A stretch of DNA of 64,000 bases from an uncultured Candidatus Saccharimonadales bacterium (GCA_964467655.1 CAYXSN010000009.1:85-64084), one strand, 5' to 3'; numbered from the stretch's first letter, positions 47,694 to 59,711 are shown. Translations and numbers: made by a program. The notes: generated from the letters alone by a model not told the origin.

Positions 47694-48905
47694 ATGACAA
47701 ACCCCTCTACCCCGCTTGACCCCATTGATCTCCACCGCCGGCTGCAAGGCAAATTAGCCGTCGTCTCCAAAACGCCACTCACACCCGAAACGTTGGCCGC
47801 CCTCTATACGCCGGGCGTCGGCCAAGTCTCCAGCCGCCTGGCTGAGCATCCCGAAGAAGCCCCTGCCCTGACGCTCAAAGGCCGCAGCGTGGCGGTGGTC
47901 TCCGACGGCTCGGCAGTCTTGGGCCTCGGCAATATTGGCCCTCTGGGGGCGCTACCAGTGATGGAAGGCAAGGCCATTTTATTCAAAGAATTTGGCGGAC
48001 TCGACGCCTGGCCCATCGTCTTAAATACCCAGAACGTCGATGAAATCGTGGCGGCAGTCAAGGCCATTGCCCCAACGTTTGGTGCCATCAATCTCGAAGA
48101 TATCTCGGCTCCCCGTTGCTATGAAGTCGAGGAACGCCTGCAAGCCGAACTCGACATCCCCGTGATGCACGACGACCAGCACGCCACGGCCATTGTGGCG
48201 CTAGCCGGCCTCATCAACGCTGCCAAAGTGGTAAATAAAGACCTCAAGTCTTGCCGCATCGTGGTAGTGGGAGCGGGTGCGGCCGGCAGTGGCCTGTTCA
48301 GGTTACTGGTGGATTACGGTGTTACCGACGTGGTACTCACCGATTCCAAGGGCATCGTCGAGCCCTCTCGCACCAACCTCGATGCTTACAAACAACGGTG
48401 GGCTCAGCTTGGCAATCCCCGCCAACTAGCCGGTGATGTCGCTGTGGCACTCAAGGACGCCGACGTGGTGGTTGGCGTGACAGTACCTGGAGCCTTTACT
48501 ACTGATCACATCAAGAGTATGGCGCCGCGCCCCATTGTGTTCGCCTTGGCCAACCCCACGCCCGAGGTCATGCCGGCCGACGCTCTGGCCGCCGGCGCCG
48601 CCGTGGTGGCCACCGGTCGCTCAGACTTTGCGAACCAGATCAACAATGTTCTCGTGTTTCCAGGACTGTTTCAAGGGCTACTAGCCACCGGCACGCCGGC
48701 AGTTACCACGGCCATCAAACTGCAGGCCGCCCAAGCTCTGGCCGGCTTAGTGCCCGCACCAACTGCCGACCAGATCATTCCTTCGGTGTTTGATCCTCAG
48801 ATTGCCGCTGTCCTCGCCGCCGCTGTGGCAACCGCGACTTCAGCCAACCCTGCAGTCGCCAGGCCCAGCGATACTCACGGGCCCATAGAGCCACGCCGGC
48901 AATAA
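47694..48905 (+). CDS. NAD(P)-dependent malic enzyme
   Basis: YTPGV, SDGSAVLGLGNIG, VMEGK, NLEDI, HDDQH, GAGAAG, TGRSD.ANQINN. Confidence 0.95.
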   Translation: MTNPSTPLDPIDLHRRLQGKLAVVSKTPLTPETLAALYTPGVGQVSSRLAEHPEEAPALTLKGRSVAVVSDGSAVLGLGNIGPLGALPVMEGKAILFKEFGGLDAWPIVLNTQNVDEIVAAVKAIAPTFGAINLEDISAPRCYEVEERLQAELDIPVMHDDQHATAIVALAGLINAAKVVNKDLKSCRIVVVGAGAAGSGLFRLLVDYGVTDVVLTDSKGIVEPSRTNLDAYKQRWAQLGNPRQLAGDVAVALKDADVVVGVTVPGAFTTDHIKSMAPRPIVFALANPTPEVMPADALAAGAAVVATGRSDFANQINNVLVFPGLFQGLLATGTPAVTTAIKLQAAQALAGLVPAPTADQIIPSVFDPQIAAVLAAAVATATSANPAVARPSDTHGPIEPRRQ

Positions 48906-49026
48906 TTGTGAGCCAGCCCGGGCCAGGCAAGGCCAGCATAATTACGCCGGCCACCACCAGCAAACCGCCCAGGATACTAACCAAGGTTTTTTCACGCCAC
49001 GAGGATGAGCGGGGGATAAACTCCAT
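48775..49026 (-). CDS. PGPGW-domain membrane protein
   Basis: MLALPGPGWLTIIAG..LWAREY.WA. Confidence 0.85.
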   Translation of the reverse strand: MEFIPRSSSWREKTLVSILGGLLVVAGVIMLALPGPGWLTIIAGVALWAREYRWAWRLQGWLKSRLPQRRRGQRQSEDQTPKE

Positions 49027-49088
49027 GATTGTCTCATTCTACCACGGCAGCTTTACAGGAATACCTCAAAAACAGTACGCTTGCATTC

Positions 49089-49628
49089 ATGAAGTTCATC
49101 AAAAAGTACCCTTTTCTGGTCGTAGCCGTATTACTGGCTGTGACCGCCGGTATATCCTGGAACCAAGCCCGGGTGGAGGCGCGCCAGCTGGCGCTGAGTG
49201 TTGAAGCCGCCGACATAGCAGGTACCGATACCACTGCCAACCGTGCCAACCTCAATACTTTCGTGAATACCCATTCGGCTACCAGTGCCTCATATGATTT
49301 ATCGGCCTCGTACGATCGGGATGCCACCGCCGCAGCTGCAGTAACCACTGCCGCCAAGGCCACTCAGGCCCAAGCCTATGCAGCTGCCCAGGCCGCCTGC
49401 ACCGGTCATACCACATCGATCGCCCAGGCCAAATGTAACCAGGACTACTTAGACACGCATCTTCAGCTCACCCCCACGCCCGCGCCGGTTCCCGACCGTT
49501 CAAAGTATCTCATCAGCCTACACGGGCCGCTGTGGACGACGGATCTCACTGGCGCCCTGTTACTGGGTAGCGCTTGTGCTTTAGCCTTAGGATTGATTAA
49601 AATGCGGCCTAGGAGGCCCCACCGATGA
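49089..49628 (+). CDS. hypothetical membrane protein
   Basis: N- and C-terminal TMs, Cys pair, WTTDLTG. Confidence 0.7.
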   Translation: MKFIKKYPFLVVAVLLAVTAGISWNQARVEARQLALSVEAADIAGTDTTANRANLNTFVNTHSATSASYDLSASYDRDATAAAAVTTAAKATQAQAYAAAQAACTGHTTSIAQAKCNQDYLDTHLQLTPTPAPVPDRSKYLISLHGPLWTTDLTGALLLGSACALALGLIKMRPRRPHR

Positions 49629-50236
49629 GCGCACCATTATCATTTCAAAACCGGTTTCTGGCAATCATTATTCCCACACCAGTCCAATATGCCGTGGCTT
49701 TTATTGTCAGTTGCATCATGCTGGTATTCGCCCACTCGAAAGGCATACTGGAGATGCTCGATATTAATTCAGAGGCCATCACCTCGGTGAACAATCAGTT
49801 CCATGCCATGTTCGATAGTTGGCTGCAATCGCCGATTATTTCACAGCTTGCCGTTATGGCTTTTTGGGCAGCAGTTGGGCTGGTCGCCTATCTGGTCTGT
49901 TGGGCTGCCTATAACGCCCTCATTGAGGCGCGCAACGAGGTAACCCTCAAGACCGCTTATACCAATCGTGGCGGCAACACCAACCCCGCCAAAACCCTGG
50001 GCATCAAGGCTGTAGCAGCCGGCGCGTTGCTGGCCAACCTAGCCTTGTTGCAGGTTGGGATTATGTTCTGGTTTAACTTGTTTGGTCGTTTTAGTACCGA
50101 GCAGTCGTACTTGAGCGTAGTCTGGGCCCTGGTGGCAGTTTTTGGCCTGGCCGCCCAGTTATATCTGGTATTAGCCTGTGTTCAGCTCACATTCACACCC
50201 TGGTATCGAGCCGAGGCATTTACAAACGGCTCTTGA
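49625..50236 (+). CDS. hypothetical 4-TM membrane protein
   Basis: Hydrophobic; ATGA-coupled to the previous gene. Confidence 0.7.
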   Translation: MSAPLSFQNRFLAIIIPTPVQYAVAFIVSCIMLVFAHSKGILEMLDINSEAITSVNNQFHAMFDSWLQSPIISQLAVMAFWAAVGLVAYLVCWAAYNALIEARNEVTLKTAYTNRGGNTNPAKTLGIKAVAAGALLANLALLQVGIMFWFNLFGRFSTEQSYLSVVWALVAVFGLAAQLYLVLACVQLTFTPWYRAEAFTNGS

Positions 50237-50304
50237 TAGGTTATTATGCGGCGGTATAGATTAAGCCGCTCCGAAGGCGGAAGAAATAAGTTGGAGCCCC
50301 ATTC

Positions 50305-50610
50305 GTGGCCAAAAAATTGTTCGTCGGCAATCTGCCGTATACTACTACTAGTGAAGACCTGCAGGCGTTCTTCGCCCAGTTCGGCGAAGTCGTCAGCGCT
50401 GATGTAATTATGGACCGGGCAACCCAGCGTTCCAAAGGCTTTGGCTTCGTCCAAATGGCCGATGATGCCGCTGCGGATGCCGCTATTGCTCAATCTGACC
50501 AAGCCGAGCTGGACAACCGCAAGTTGACCATCTCAGAAGCCCGTCCCAAGGCTGAAGGCAACGACCGCCGCTTCGGCGGTGGCCAGCGCGACTACGACCT
50601 AGCTTCGTAA
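50305..50610 (+). CDS. RRM RNA-binding protein
   Basis: KLFVGNL (RNP2), SKGFGFV (RNP1). Confidence 0.95.
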   Translation: MAKKLFVGNLPYTTTSEDLQAFFAQFGEVVSADVIMDRATQRSKGFGFVQMADDAAADAAIAQSDQAELDNRKLTISEARPKAEGNDRRFGGGQRDYDLAS

Positions 50611-50637
50611 GTCAGACTGACTAGTCTGATACCAACC

Positions 50638-50719
50638 AAAAAAGTCCCGGTCCGGGACTTTTTTGATACAAACTCAAGGAGCAGATATAAAAAGAGCCGC
50701 TCTTGCAAGCGGCCCTTTC
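50638..50719. terminator. two terminator hairpins between convergent genes
   Basis: aaaaaagtcccg-gtc-cgggactttttt and aaagagccgc...gcggcccttt. Confidence 0.75.
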
Positions 50720-50743
50720 TCGCCCCGTAACTCCCTTGTGGTC

Positions 50744-51253
50744 TTATTTGTTGCCGGCCTCTTTGTAATCAGAGATAGCTTTGGCAACTTTGCCATCATT
50801 CTTGAGATTCTCCCAAAACAAGACTTGGTCGCGGTTGATAAACATGGTATCTTCAGGCCCGTGCAATTCACCGCCCAGCTTAGCCAATGATACTTCTTGG
50901 TTTGAATTGTCGGTTGCCTTACCGTCTTTCGGCTGGACTGTCTGCTGGACTTGCAGGTAGTAAATTTCTTCCAGTTTGACATAGTCGGCGTTCACGTTTT
51001 TGACTTTACCGAAGTAAACCTGGCCGTTGGTGAGGAAGACGGCCTGATACTGCTTAGCCTTCACTGAGCTGCCGGCATTAAAGTAGCCCGCGCTCATGAC
51101 TACCAGCCAAGCCAGCGCAGACAGCGCCAGTAAAACGGCCAAGCCCATCAGGACTTTGGGTAGAACACCTCGGCCAGACCGGCCATTGTGAGAACGCGGA
51201 GCAACTTGTGGTTCAGCAAAAGAATTATCGTTAGCTTGTCGGCGGACATCCAT
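50744..51253 (-). CDS. conserved hypothetical single-TM protein (YQAVFLxNGQVYFG motif)
   Basis: YQAVFLTNGQVYFGK...IYYLQ...LAKLGGELHGPED.M.INRDQVLFWENLK. Confidence 0.8.
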   Translation of the reverse strand: MDVRRQANDNSFAEPQVAPRSHNGRSGRGVLPKVLMGLAVLLALSALAWLVVMSAGYFNAGSSVKAKQYQAVFLTNGQVYFGKVKNVNADYVKLEEIYYLQVQQTVQPKDGKATDNSNQEVSLAKLGGELHGPEDTMFINRDQVLFWENLKNDGKVAKAISDYKEAGNK

Positions 51254-51363
51254 ATCTACAGTAACTCCATCTTCATTAGTGCTACCGCCAGCATAGCAAC
51301 TGGGTTCTTGCGTGTCCACCCACTCCCATAATGCCCAGCATGAGGTTATAATCATAAGCAGTT

Positions 51364-52179
51364 ATGAACATCATGAAAGCGCTGCTACCCGCCTTCTATC
51401 TGGTGGTGGTCTTGGCCGCCGCACCGGTGAGCGCGAGCTTGTCCCAAGGGTATACCGTCGATAGTGATATCGCAACGGGTAGCTTAGTATCGCTCGATGA
51501 ATCAGGTGCCGGCAAGGTAGTAGTGGCCACTCCTGCCAATGTCAGCCGCCTCTTCGGGGTTGTCGTACCACCTTCCTCAGCTTCGATATCATTATCGGGC
51601 GGCAGTGCCAAACAGGTCCAAGTAGCCACGGCTGGTACTGTCAGCTTGCTCGTGTCAACGGCCGGCGGCGACGTCCATCTAGGTGATTACATTACCATCT
51701 CGCCGATCGCCGGCGTTGGCCAAAAAGTAGGTGCGGAGTCCACCAGGGTGATCGGTACTGCCCAGACCGACTTTACGGCTGACAGTGAGGGTACCACCAA
51801 GCGCGAAATCGAGGACTCAACGGGTAAAAGGGAAGTCACGATCGGCCAGATTCCGGTTGTTATCGCCGTATCAGCCTACACCGCCACCGAAGGCAAACAA
51901 CCCTATGCCATACCCAACTGGTTACAATCGTTGTCAAACAACCTGGCCGGCAAGGCCGTTTCGCCTATCAGGATTATTCTGGCCAGCTTCATCTTGATTG
52001 TGGCTCTGGTGTGTGTGACGGTGCTGCTGTACGCTGCGGTGCGTAATAGCATCATTTCCATCGGCCGCAATCCCTTGTCGCGCGGTTCGGTTCTCAGGGG
52101 ACTACTTCAGGTCATGGCGGTAGTAGTAGGTATATTAATTTCGGCTGGTGTAGCCATGTATTTGGTGATAGCAAGGTAA
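51364..52179 (+). CDS. exported beta-rich domain fused to a C-terminal ATP synthase c-subunit-like hairpin lacking the carboxylate
   Basis: Signal peptide; beta-rich domain; TM-SIISIGRNPLSR-TM; first gene of the atp cluster. Confidence 0.65.
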   Translation: MNIMKALLPAFYLVVVLAAAPVSASLSQGYTVDSDIATGSLVSLDESGAGKVVVATPANVSRLFGVVVPPSSASISLSGGSAKQVQVATAGTVSLLVSTAGGDVHLGDYITISPIAGVGQKVGAESTRVIGTAQTDFTADSEGTTKREIEDSTGKREVTIGQIPVVIAVSAYTATEGKQPYAIPNWLQSLSNNLAGKAVSPIRIILASFILIVALVCVTVLLYAAVRNSIISIGRNPLSRGSVLRGLLQVMAVVVGILISAGVAMYLVIAR

Positions 52180-52186
52180 GGAGTTT

Positions 52187-52786
52187 ATGGATTCAATAGT
52201 CTTAATTAGCCTGGCTGCCTTGATACTAATATTATGTATCGTGATTGTGGCCCAAAGTTTCCGTATGCAGAGACTGCGCCAATCACTCACCAAGAGTGAG
52301 CAAACAGCCCCCAAAGTCACTGTGTCACAGCCGACTGTGGAGCAGCTGCAAGCCAAACTAGCCGCCGCTTACGACGCCGAAATCACCAAAGCTGTCTCGG
52401 CTTTTGGCACCGACTTGCGGGGCACGTCAAAACAACTCAGTGAGGAAGTCTCCCGTCTGACCACGAAGGTCATCGAGGAAGAACTCGAAGCTTATCAGAA
52501 AACTCTGGAAGAAGTCAGACACGTGGCGACCCAGGCTATGAACCAGATTCGGGAGGCAGTCGAACACCAGCGGATCGAGCTGCGCCAAGGCATGGAACAA
52601 GAACTGGCCACAGAACGACAGCACTTGATCGAAAAATTTGATGCCAAAATGGGTGACGTCATTTCCAGCTATATCTCTGAAGCACTGGGTTCGGGAGTCG
52701 ACCTCGGTGCCCAGATGCAGTTTATTCTGACCAGTCTTGAGGCTCACAAAGCCGAAATTAGAAAGGATCTGTCAGATGGCGTATGA
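52187..52786 (+). CDS. putative peripheral-stalk (subunit b-like) protein
   Basis: N-terminal TM plus long charged coiled coil; position before delta and alpha. Confidence 0.55.
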   Translation: MDSIVLISLAALILILCIVIVAQSFRMQRLRQSLTKSEQTAPKVTVSQPTVEQLQAKLAAAYDAEITKAVSAFGTDLRGTSKQLSEEVSRLTTKVIEEELEAYQKTLEEVRHVATQAMNQIREAVEHQRIELRQGMEQELATERQHLIEKFDAKMGDVISSYISEALGSGVDLGAQMQFILTSLEAHKAEIRKDLSDGV

Positions 52787-53255
52787 ACTGCCTCCCGAAG
52801 TCTATAGCCCCCATTTGCTGGAGTCGGTCATCTACGACCTCCAACAATATACCGACTGGTACCGGCAGACGCGCGTCCAGCGCCAGGTGGGAGTGACAGT
52901 CTCCAGGCCTGAGCCCGACCATAGTGCCGAAACCGAAGTGGTCATTCGGAGTCATTTTGGCGACCAAACGCCCACCCTGGAGACGCTCGAAGGGCTGTTG
53001 ACTGAGCTCAGGGCTCTCGATTTGCCTCAGATCCACGTCAAATTAGCTGCCATGCCCAATCATGAAGAGCGCCGCGTACTGGTAGCGTGGTTCAGGGCCA
53101 ACGTCGGTCGCACCAGTCTCATCAGTTTTGTGGCCGACAGGAATCTGGGCGGCGGCATCGTGGTACGCACGCCCAACCATGTCTACGATTACACCTGGAA
53201 GCAACAACTGCTGGGCGGCTCCACCAAATTAGCAGGAATTATTCGCAGTGTTTGA
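52776..53255 (+). CDS. atpH: divergent F-ATPase delta-like subunit
   Basis: C-terminal DRNLGGGIVVR....YDYT matches delta/OSCP; directly before atpA. Confidence 0.7.
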   Translation: MAYELPPEVYSPHLLESVIYDLQQYTDWYRQTRVQRQVGVTVSRPEPDHSAETEVVIRSHFGDQTPTLETLEGLLTELRALDLPQIHVKLAAMPNHEERRVLVAWFRANVGRTSLISFVADRNLGGGIVVRTPNHVYDYTWKQQLLGGSTKLAGIIRSV

Positions 53256-54774
53256 TAACCCCAAATTTGCCAAACTGGTGGCGGCCGGCAATGCCACAGG
53301 TGAAGTGGTGGCGGTCGACAGGTTCATTGTGACGGTTAGGGGGCTGGGAGACATTGCCGTTGGTGCTCTCGTGTACTTCGACAATGGTCATCAAGGTATG
53401 GTCCGGGAGGTCCACCTCGATACCGTCATGGTGCTCAATATGTCCGCCGAAACCATTGCCATCGGCACCCTAGTTGTCTTGGAGGCCCCTGAGCTGGTCA
53501 CGGGGGTTGGCGAGTCGGTTGTTGGCCGGGTGTTGTCGGTTACCGGTCAGCCGCTCGATGGCAAAGGACCCATCACCTTCTCCCGCTTCGACCCCGTCTT
53601 CAAGGTAGCTCCGGGCATCATTGAGCGCCAAGAGCTCAAAGACCCCTTGTCGACAGGAGTTGCTATTGCCGACCAATTATTCCCGCTCGTCAAGGGCCAG
53701 CGTATCGCTATTTTGGGCGACAATAAGGTTGGAAAATCGGCCTTCACCATGCAACTAACTATGGCCCAGGCGGGCACCGATCGGGTTGTTATCCACGTGC
53801 TCATCTCCAAAAGAAAAGCCGATGTCGACAGCCTGATCGCCAAGCTCAACAAGTCGGGCGCCATCGCCTACAGTGTGGTCATTGTGGCTAGCGTGTTCGA
53901 CTCGCTGACACAGAGCTATCTGGCACCGTACATTGGTGCCACCATCGCTGAGTACCTGTGGAACAACGGTAAAGACTGCATTATTATCTACGACGACCTA
54001 TCCAACCACGCCAAGGTCTACCGCGAACTATCGCTGCTCCTCAAAACCTCACCGGGCCGGGCGTCATATCCTGGCGACATGTTCTATGCTCACTCTTCGT
54101 TGCTTGAGCGGGCCGGTCGTCTTGCCAAAAATGGCGCCACCTTAGCCGCCATCCCCGTCGTTCTCACGCCTAATAACGACATTACGGCGCCGTTGCCGAC
54201 AGCCATCATGTCAATCACCGACGGCCAGCTCATCTTTGATACCGAGGCGTTCCGCGCCGGTATCAGGCCGGCCATTTCGGTGGGCTTGAGCGTCTCCCGT
54301 GTCGGTGGTGTCGGCCAAAACAAGCGTCAAAAAGCCCTCACTGCCGGCTTATTCAAAAAACTGGCCGCCTACCGCCAAGCCGCCGAATTCAGCCACTTTG
54401 GGTCTGAGTTGGCTATTGAGTCAAAAGCCGATCTTGAGCTCGGTAAGAAGATCTACGAAGCGCTCAAGCAGCCACCAGACATTGTCTACAGCATCAATGA
54501 GCAGGACCTCATCTTGGGCGTTGTCATGAAAACCGAAGGCAAAATTACCATTAATATCGATAGCCTCAAGCGCAAAGCCAAAGAGCTGGCACCCACTCTC
54601 AACGCCGACTCGGACTGGGACGGCGCCATCGCTAAGCTGCTCTCTGAAGTGACAGTCCAGGCCCCCACAGCACCCCCGCCAGTTCCGGCAGCTCCACCAG
54701 CAGCTGGCTCCCAATCTCCGGCTGCTGCTGTGGCACCGCCCCCAGCCGCCGCGCCCGACAAAAAAGCCAAGTAG
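53248..54774 (+). CDS. atpA: F1 ATPase alpha subunit (divergent)
   Basis: KGQR, GDNKVGKS Walker A, YDDLS.HA..YRELSLLL..SPGRASYPGDMFY.HS.LLERA, SITDGQ, SVSRVGG. Confidence 0.92.
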   Translation: MFDNPKFAKLVAAGNATGEVVAVDRFIVTVRGLGDIAVGALVYFDNGHQGMVREVHLDTVMVLNMSAETIAIGTLVVLEAPELVTGVGESVVGRVLSVTGQPLDGKGPITFSRFDPVFKVAPGIIERQELKDPLSTGVAIADQLFPLVKGQRIAILGDNKVGKSAFTMQLTMAQAGTDRVVIHVLISKRKADVDSLIAKLNKSGAIAYSVVIVASVFDSLTQSYLAPYIGATIAEYLWNNGKDCIIIYDDLSNHAKVYRELSLLLKTSPGRASYPGDMFYAHSSLLERAGRLAKNGATLAAIPVVLTPNNDITAPLPTAIMSITDGQLIFDTEAFRAGIRPAISVGLSVSRVGGVGQNKRQKALTAGLFKKLAAYRQAAEFSHFGSELAIESKADLELGKKIYEALKQPPDIVYSINEQDLILGVVMKTEGKITINIDSLKRKAKELAPTLNADSDWDGAIAKLLSEVTVQAPTAPPPVPAAPPAAGSQSPAAAVAPPPAAAPDKKAK

Positions 54775-54827
54775 CATGCTGCCCGCCCGGCTCATGTATA
54801 ATCATAAGCATAATCAGTTGACCTAGT

Positions 54828-55685
54828 ATGAGCTCAAATTCGCTCGCCATCGAAAAAGAAGCCGGCCAAGTTGGTACCGTCTCGGAACTAACGGGCGTCT
54901 TTGAATCAATTGCCTCCATGAGGATTGGCAAAATAAAAGATAGAGTCGTTCGCAGCCAGCAATTCTTCGCCGAGCTTTGGCAGATTTATACGCAGTTGCG
55001 GGTTGATCCGACTGAACGCCTGACCGGTAAGAACGGTCCCAAGCGCACCAAAGAAAACGTCTTTTTGGCCCTCACCGCCGAAGGTGGCCTCTCCGGTGAT
55101 ATCGACCAGCGCATCGTGCGTACCGTCCTCGATAACCTCGACCCCAACACCACCGACCTCATCGTCATCGGGGCTCACGGCGCCACCCAGTTCGTACAAA
55201 ACAAGGCCAAAATCAAACGCTATTTCAGGCTGCCCGACATTGACCAAACCATTGACGTCAGCCCGATTGTCGACGAACTCCTCGGCTATGCCCATCCCAC
55301 AGTCTGGTACCAGCGCTACATCTCTCTGACCGTTCAAGAAGTCGGCCGCATTGACTTGCTCGGCCGGGTCCGGGCTCTGGCTACCAACTCCAAAACCACC
55401 GAAGAAAACGTCATTTCTCCCCGCGATTACCTGTTTGAACCGACAGTCGACGACGTCGTACGCTACCTGGAGTCAGTCATGATGGAAATCGCCCTCTCTC
55501 AGGTGATCCTGGAATCACGTCTCGCTCAATACGCCTCCCGCTTCACGGCTATGTCAGCTGCCAAAAAGCGCGCCAAAGAGCTGCAGACGCTCCTGCTCAT
55601 GAACTACAACCGGGCCCGCCGAGGTGAAGCCGATGACCGCATCAAGGAAATCGTCAACTCCATGAATGCCATGACGCCCGGTTAA
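54828..55685 (+). CDS. atpG: F1 ATPase gamma subunit (divergent)
   Basis: TAEGGLSG, ASRFTAMSAA, YNRARR. Confidence 0.85.
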   Translation: MSSNSLAIEKEAGQVGTVSELTGVFESIASMRIGKIKDRVVRSQQFFAELWQIYTQLRVDPTERLTGKNGPKRTKENVFLALTAEGGLSGDIDQRIVRTVLDNLDPNTTDLIVIGAHGATQFVQNKAKIKRYFRLPDIDQTIDVSPIVDELLGYAHPTVWYQRYISLTVQEVGRIDLLGRVRALATNSKTTEENVISPRDYLFEPTVDDVVRYLESVMMEIALSQVILESRLAQYASRFTAMSAAKKRAKELQTLLLMNYNRARRGEADDRIKEIVNSMNAMTPG

Positions 55686-55687
55686 AT

Positions 55688-55728
55688 AAAAAAACCTTGG
55701 CTAACACATTTTCATGTGCCAGCCAAGG
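55688..55728 (-). terminator. terminator hairpin between atpG and the inserted genes
   Basis: A-run followed by ccttggct...agccaagg. Confidence 0.6.
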
Positions 55729-55741
55729 CCTCCCGCCCAGA

Positions 55742-56545
55742 TTACTTGCTCCACTGCAAGAATGCCAGGCTGGCCGGTGATGACGGGTCATACAGATTCG
55801 AAGTTACAGGCTGATGGTAACTACAAACGTGCGTAGTTATCACGAGGTGAGCCGGCCACTCCGTACTGCCACTCCAGTCGGGTAATTGCCTCTGCAGGTC
55901 AATATCGACAGCATGTACCATACTGAGCATTGTCTCATGAAGCGATTGGTGAACCGTCTTTTTGGTAACGAGCCTCTCAGCCAGCTGCCGGCTTTCGGGA
56001 CTAACCTGACTGTCGTCCGCCAGAATTGGTATGTACCGTTGCTGTGTCTTACCTTGTTTGTCGGTATATCTGACATCTAAGTACAGGCCATCGGTACCCG
56101 ACCATGCCACACGAAATTTCCTGGTGGATTCCACAAGTTTTGTTGATACCCAAGTACCACCGATGTCCACATTGTTATCGGCCAACATAAGGTAACTGCT
56201 GCTGGCCGCCGCACACTTATAGGCCGTAGTTCCCGAGGACGTTGTGATAACTTCTGGCGCTATGGCTACCACTGCCGGCGTAGACGGTCGGGGCAGGTCA
56301 TAAAACTTTCCAACCCGCATTCCGTGTTCAAAAATGGCAGGCTGGCGTTCCGTAATGCCTCGGCTATAACCTGCCGCTTCGCCTTCTCGGCGGCTTGTCT
56401 CGACGGCGTCATTCCAAGACAGCGCGATACTGGCCAGAATGGCGATCGCGATAACCATCCCAACCACCATGCCCCACCGTAATCCACTGTTCTGGGCTTC
56501 GGAGGTTTGACGAATCTCGTCTAAATCATGTTCCACTGTTGTCAT
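55742..56545 (-). CDS. hypothetical membrane-anchored protein (ORFan inside the atp cluster)
   Basis: Single TM plus soluble domain; antisense to the atp genes. Confidence 0.6.
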   Translation of the reverse strand: MTTVEHDLDEIRQTSEAQNSGLRWGMVVGMVIAIAILASIALSWNDAVETSRREGEAAGYSRGITERQPAIFEHGMRVGKFYDLPRPSTPAVVAIAPEVITTSSGTTAYKCAAASSSYLMLADNNVDIGGTWVSTKLVESTRKFRVAWSGTDGLYLDVRYTDKQGKTQQRYIPILADDSQVSPESRQLAERLVTKKTVHQSLHETMLSMVHAVDIDLQRQLPDWSGSTEWPAHLVITTHVCSYHQPVTSNLYDPSSPASLAFLQWSK

Positions 56546-56554
56546 GAGTAACCC

Positions 56555-56875
56555 TCACCATCGAGACGTGGGACCGCCATGATGGCAGTCCCATTCGGCA
56601 AAATGACGTTGCCGGCACGCTATCATCTGTTGGGTAACATGGACTTCAAAGCGGTAAAACAGGCCCATCAGGGCAACCAAGATAGCAATGACCACATACG
56701 CGATGGGCTGGTCAGAAAACCAGATGAGACTCACCCAGGCACCGCAGAGACAGAGGGCAGCCAAGCACCATAACTTAAACCGCTTCGCTTTGAAGTGATT
56801 TAGTTCACTACTATGAGCGAGACAATTTGCTAGTCTGCCTAGTAGTTGATAACCGAAGTTGTCTTGAAGAGTCAT
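56555..56875 (-). CDS. hypothetical 2-TM protein
   Basis: GGAGA upstream; two TMs. Confidence 0.55.
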   Translation of the reverse strand: MTLQDNFGYQLLGRLANCLAHSSELNHFKAKRFKLWCLAALCLCGAWVSLIWFSDQPIAYVVIAILVALMGLFYRFEVHVTQQMIACRQRHFAEWDCHHGGPTSRW

Positions 56876-56958
56876 AACAATCTCCAGATCTGATCGAGGG
56901 TAATTTCGAGGTACAGCTGGCCTATAGTACCACCAATAGTCGTTAAAGTAAAAAATAG

Positions 56959-58449
<1,491 letters not shown>

Positions 58450-58521
58450 GGTGCGATATAAAGTTCGGTTTATGTATGGTACACTAAACTTAAATTATAA
58501 AGCAAAGGCAGAAAGGGGAGC

Positions 58522-59436
58522 GTGGCTAAAGTAAGAGCAGATTTACGGGTCGTATATGAGGGGCAGCTCCAGCAAGTAGATGCCCAGACCTTCATTAGCT
58601 CGCTCATGAGCCTGTCTGTGCTTATCCAAGAAGTTAATCGCGAACTCGATCCAGATCGCAAAGTTGATTTGAAGATCGTAGCGTTAGAGCCAGGAAGTTT
58701 TATTGCCGGTATCAATATCCATGATGTTCAGACAGCAGTTACATCATTATTTACAAACGAAAATGTCCAATATGCAGCATCGATCGTAACCGTCGTAGGC
58801 GGGATCTTGAGCCTGAAGAAATTTCTCGGGAGAGATCAGCCCGCCAATGTGCAAACCGAAGGTAACTCGATCCAGATTACAAATCAAAAAGGAAGTGTCC
58901 AATATTTTGATAATAGAACTTATAACATTTATTCCAAAAATCAAGCAGTCAGTGACTCGGTCAGTAGCAGCTTTGCTGCCTTAGATGAAGATGCTTCAGT
59001 CACCGGATTTGAGATTCTTGATAGTCGAGAGCAGAAAATCTTTGAAGCCGAGAGGGATGATTTTGGTGATTTATCAATCAAAAGTGAAGTCATCCATTCC
59101 GACAAAAAAGATATCATTGTAAACGCCGACCTTCATCTGCATAAAGTTATGCTAGAACGGGGTCGAAAATGGGAATTTTATTATGCGGGAAATAGAATTT
59201 CCGCTGAGATCATTGATGACAACTTCTTTAATCAAATTGATGCTGGAGAATCATTTGCCAAAGGCGATATCTTAAAAGTCGAACTCCAAATCAATAAAAT
59301 CTTTGACAAAGGCGTAAATACTTTTGTTATCCATTCGTATATTGTCAGACGCGTAATAAAGCATGTTCCCAGGAGCGAGCAATTGAGCTTAGGCGAATTC
59401 GAAACTGAAACTCAAACCGGGGAAGCCAAAAACTAA
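58522..59436 (+). CDS. hypothetical protein, AT-rich insertion between atpD and atpC
   Basis: 304-aa ORF, AT-richer than its flanks; YEG...VDA...ALEPGSF...KWEF...F.KGDIL. Confidence 0.75.
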   Translation: MAKVRADLRVVYEGQLQQVDAQTFISSLMSLSVLIQEVNRELDPDRKVDLKIVALEPGSFIAGINIHDVQTAVTSLFTNENVQYAASIVTVVGGILSLKKFLGRDQPANVQTEGNSIQITNQKGSVQYFDNRTYNIYSKNQAVSDSVSSSFAALDEDASVTGFEILDSREQKIFEAERDDFGDLSIKSEVIHSDKKDIIVNADLHLHKVMLERGRKWEFYYAGNRISAEIIDDNFFNQIDAGESFAKGDILKVELQINKIFDKGVNTFVIHSYIVRRVIKHVPRSEQLSLGEFETETQTGEAKN

Positions 59437-59453
59437 CCAAATGAGTAATACCC

Positions 59454-59711
59454 ATGGATAAAAAACTCAAGCGCTTCAAAGTCAAAATCTTTAGCCCCTA
59501 CCAAACCTACTACGAGGGCGAGGCTGTGTCGTTGAGTGCGGCCAACCGTACCGGCCCTTTCGATATTTTGGCCGGCCATATCAATTTCTTCTCATTGCTC
59601 ACCGGCGGTACTATCATGCTCAATACTGGATTTCAACAGCTCGAATTTCCTATCACTCGGGGCATTTTGCGGGTATCAGGTGACGAGGTTACTCTCTTTG
59701 CCGATGTCTAG
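59454..59711 (+). CDS. atpC: F1 ATPase epsilon subunit, beta-sandwich only
   Basis: VKIFSP...YEGEA...GPFDILAGH; 85 aa with no C-terminal helices. Confidence 0.8.
   Translation: MDKKLKRFKVKIFSPYQTYYEGEAVSLSAANRTGPFDILAGHINFFSLLTGGTIMLNTGFQQLEFPITRGILRVSGDEVTLFADV

Noticed and set aside
49625-50236. The missing F0 subunit a
   Set aside because: No recognisable subunit-a Arg motif (RLFGN-type), and it is separated from the atp cluster by terminators and an opposite-strand gene; a structure search would be needed to exclude it fully.
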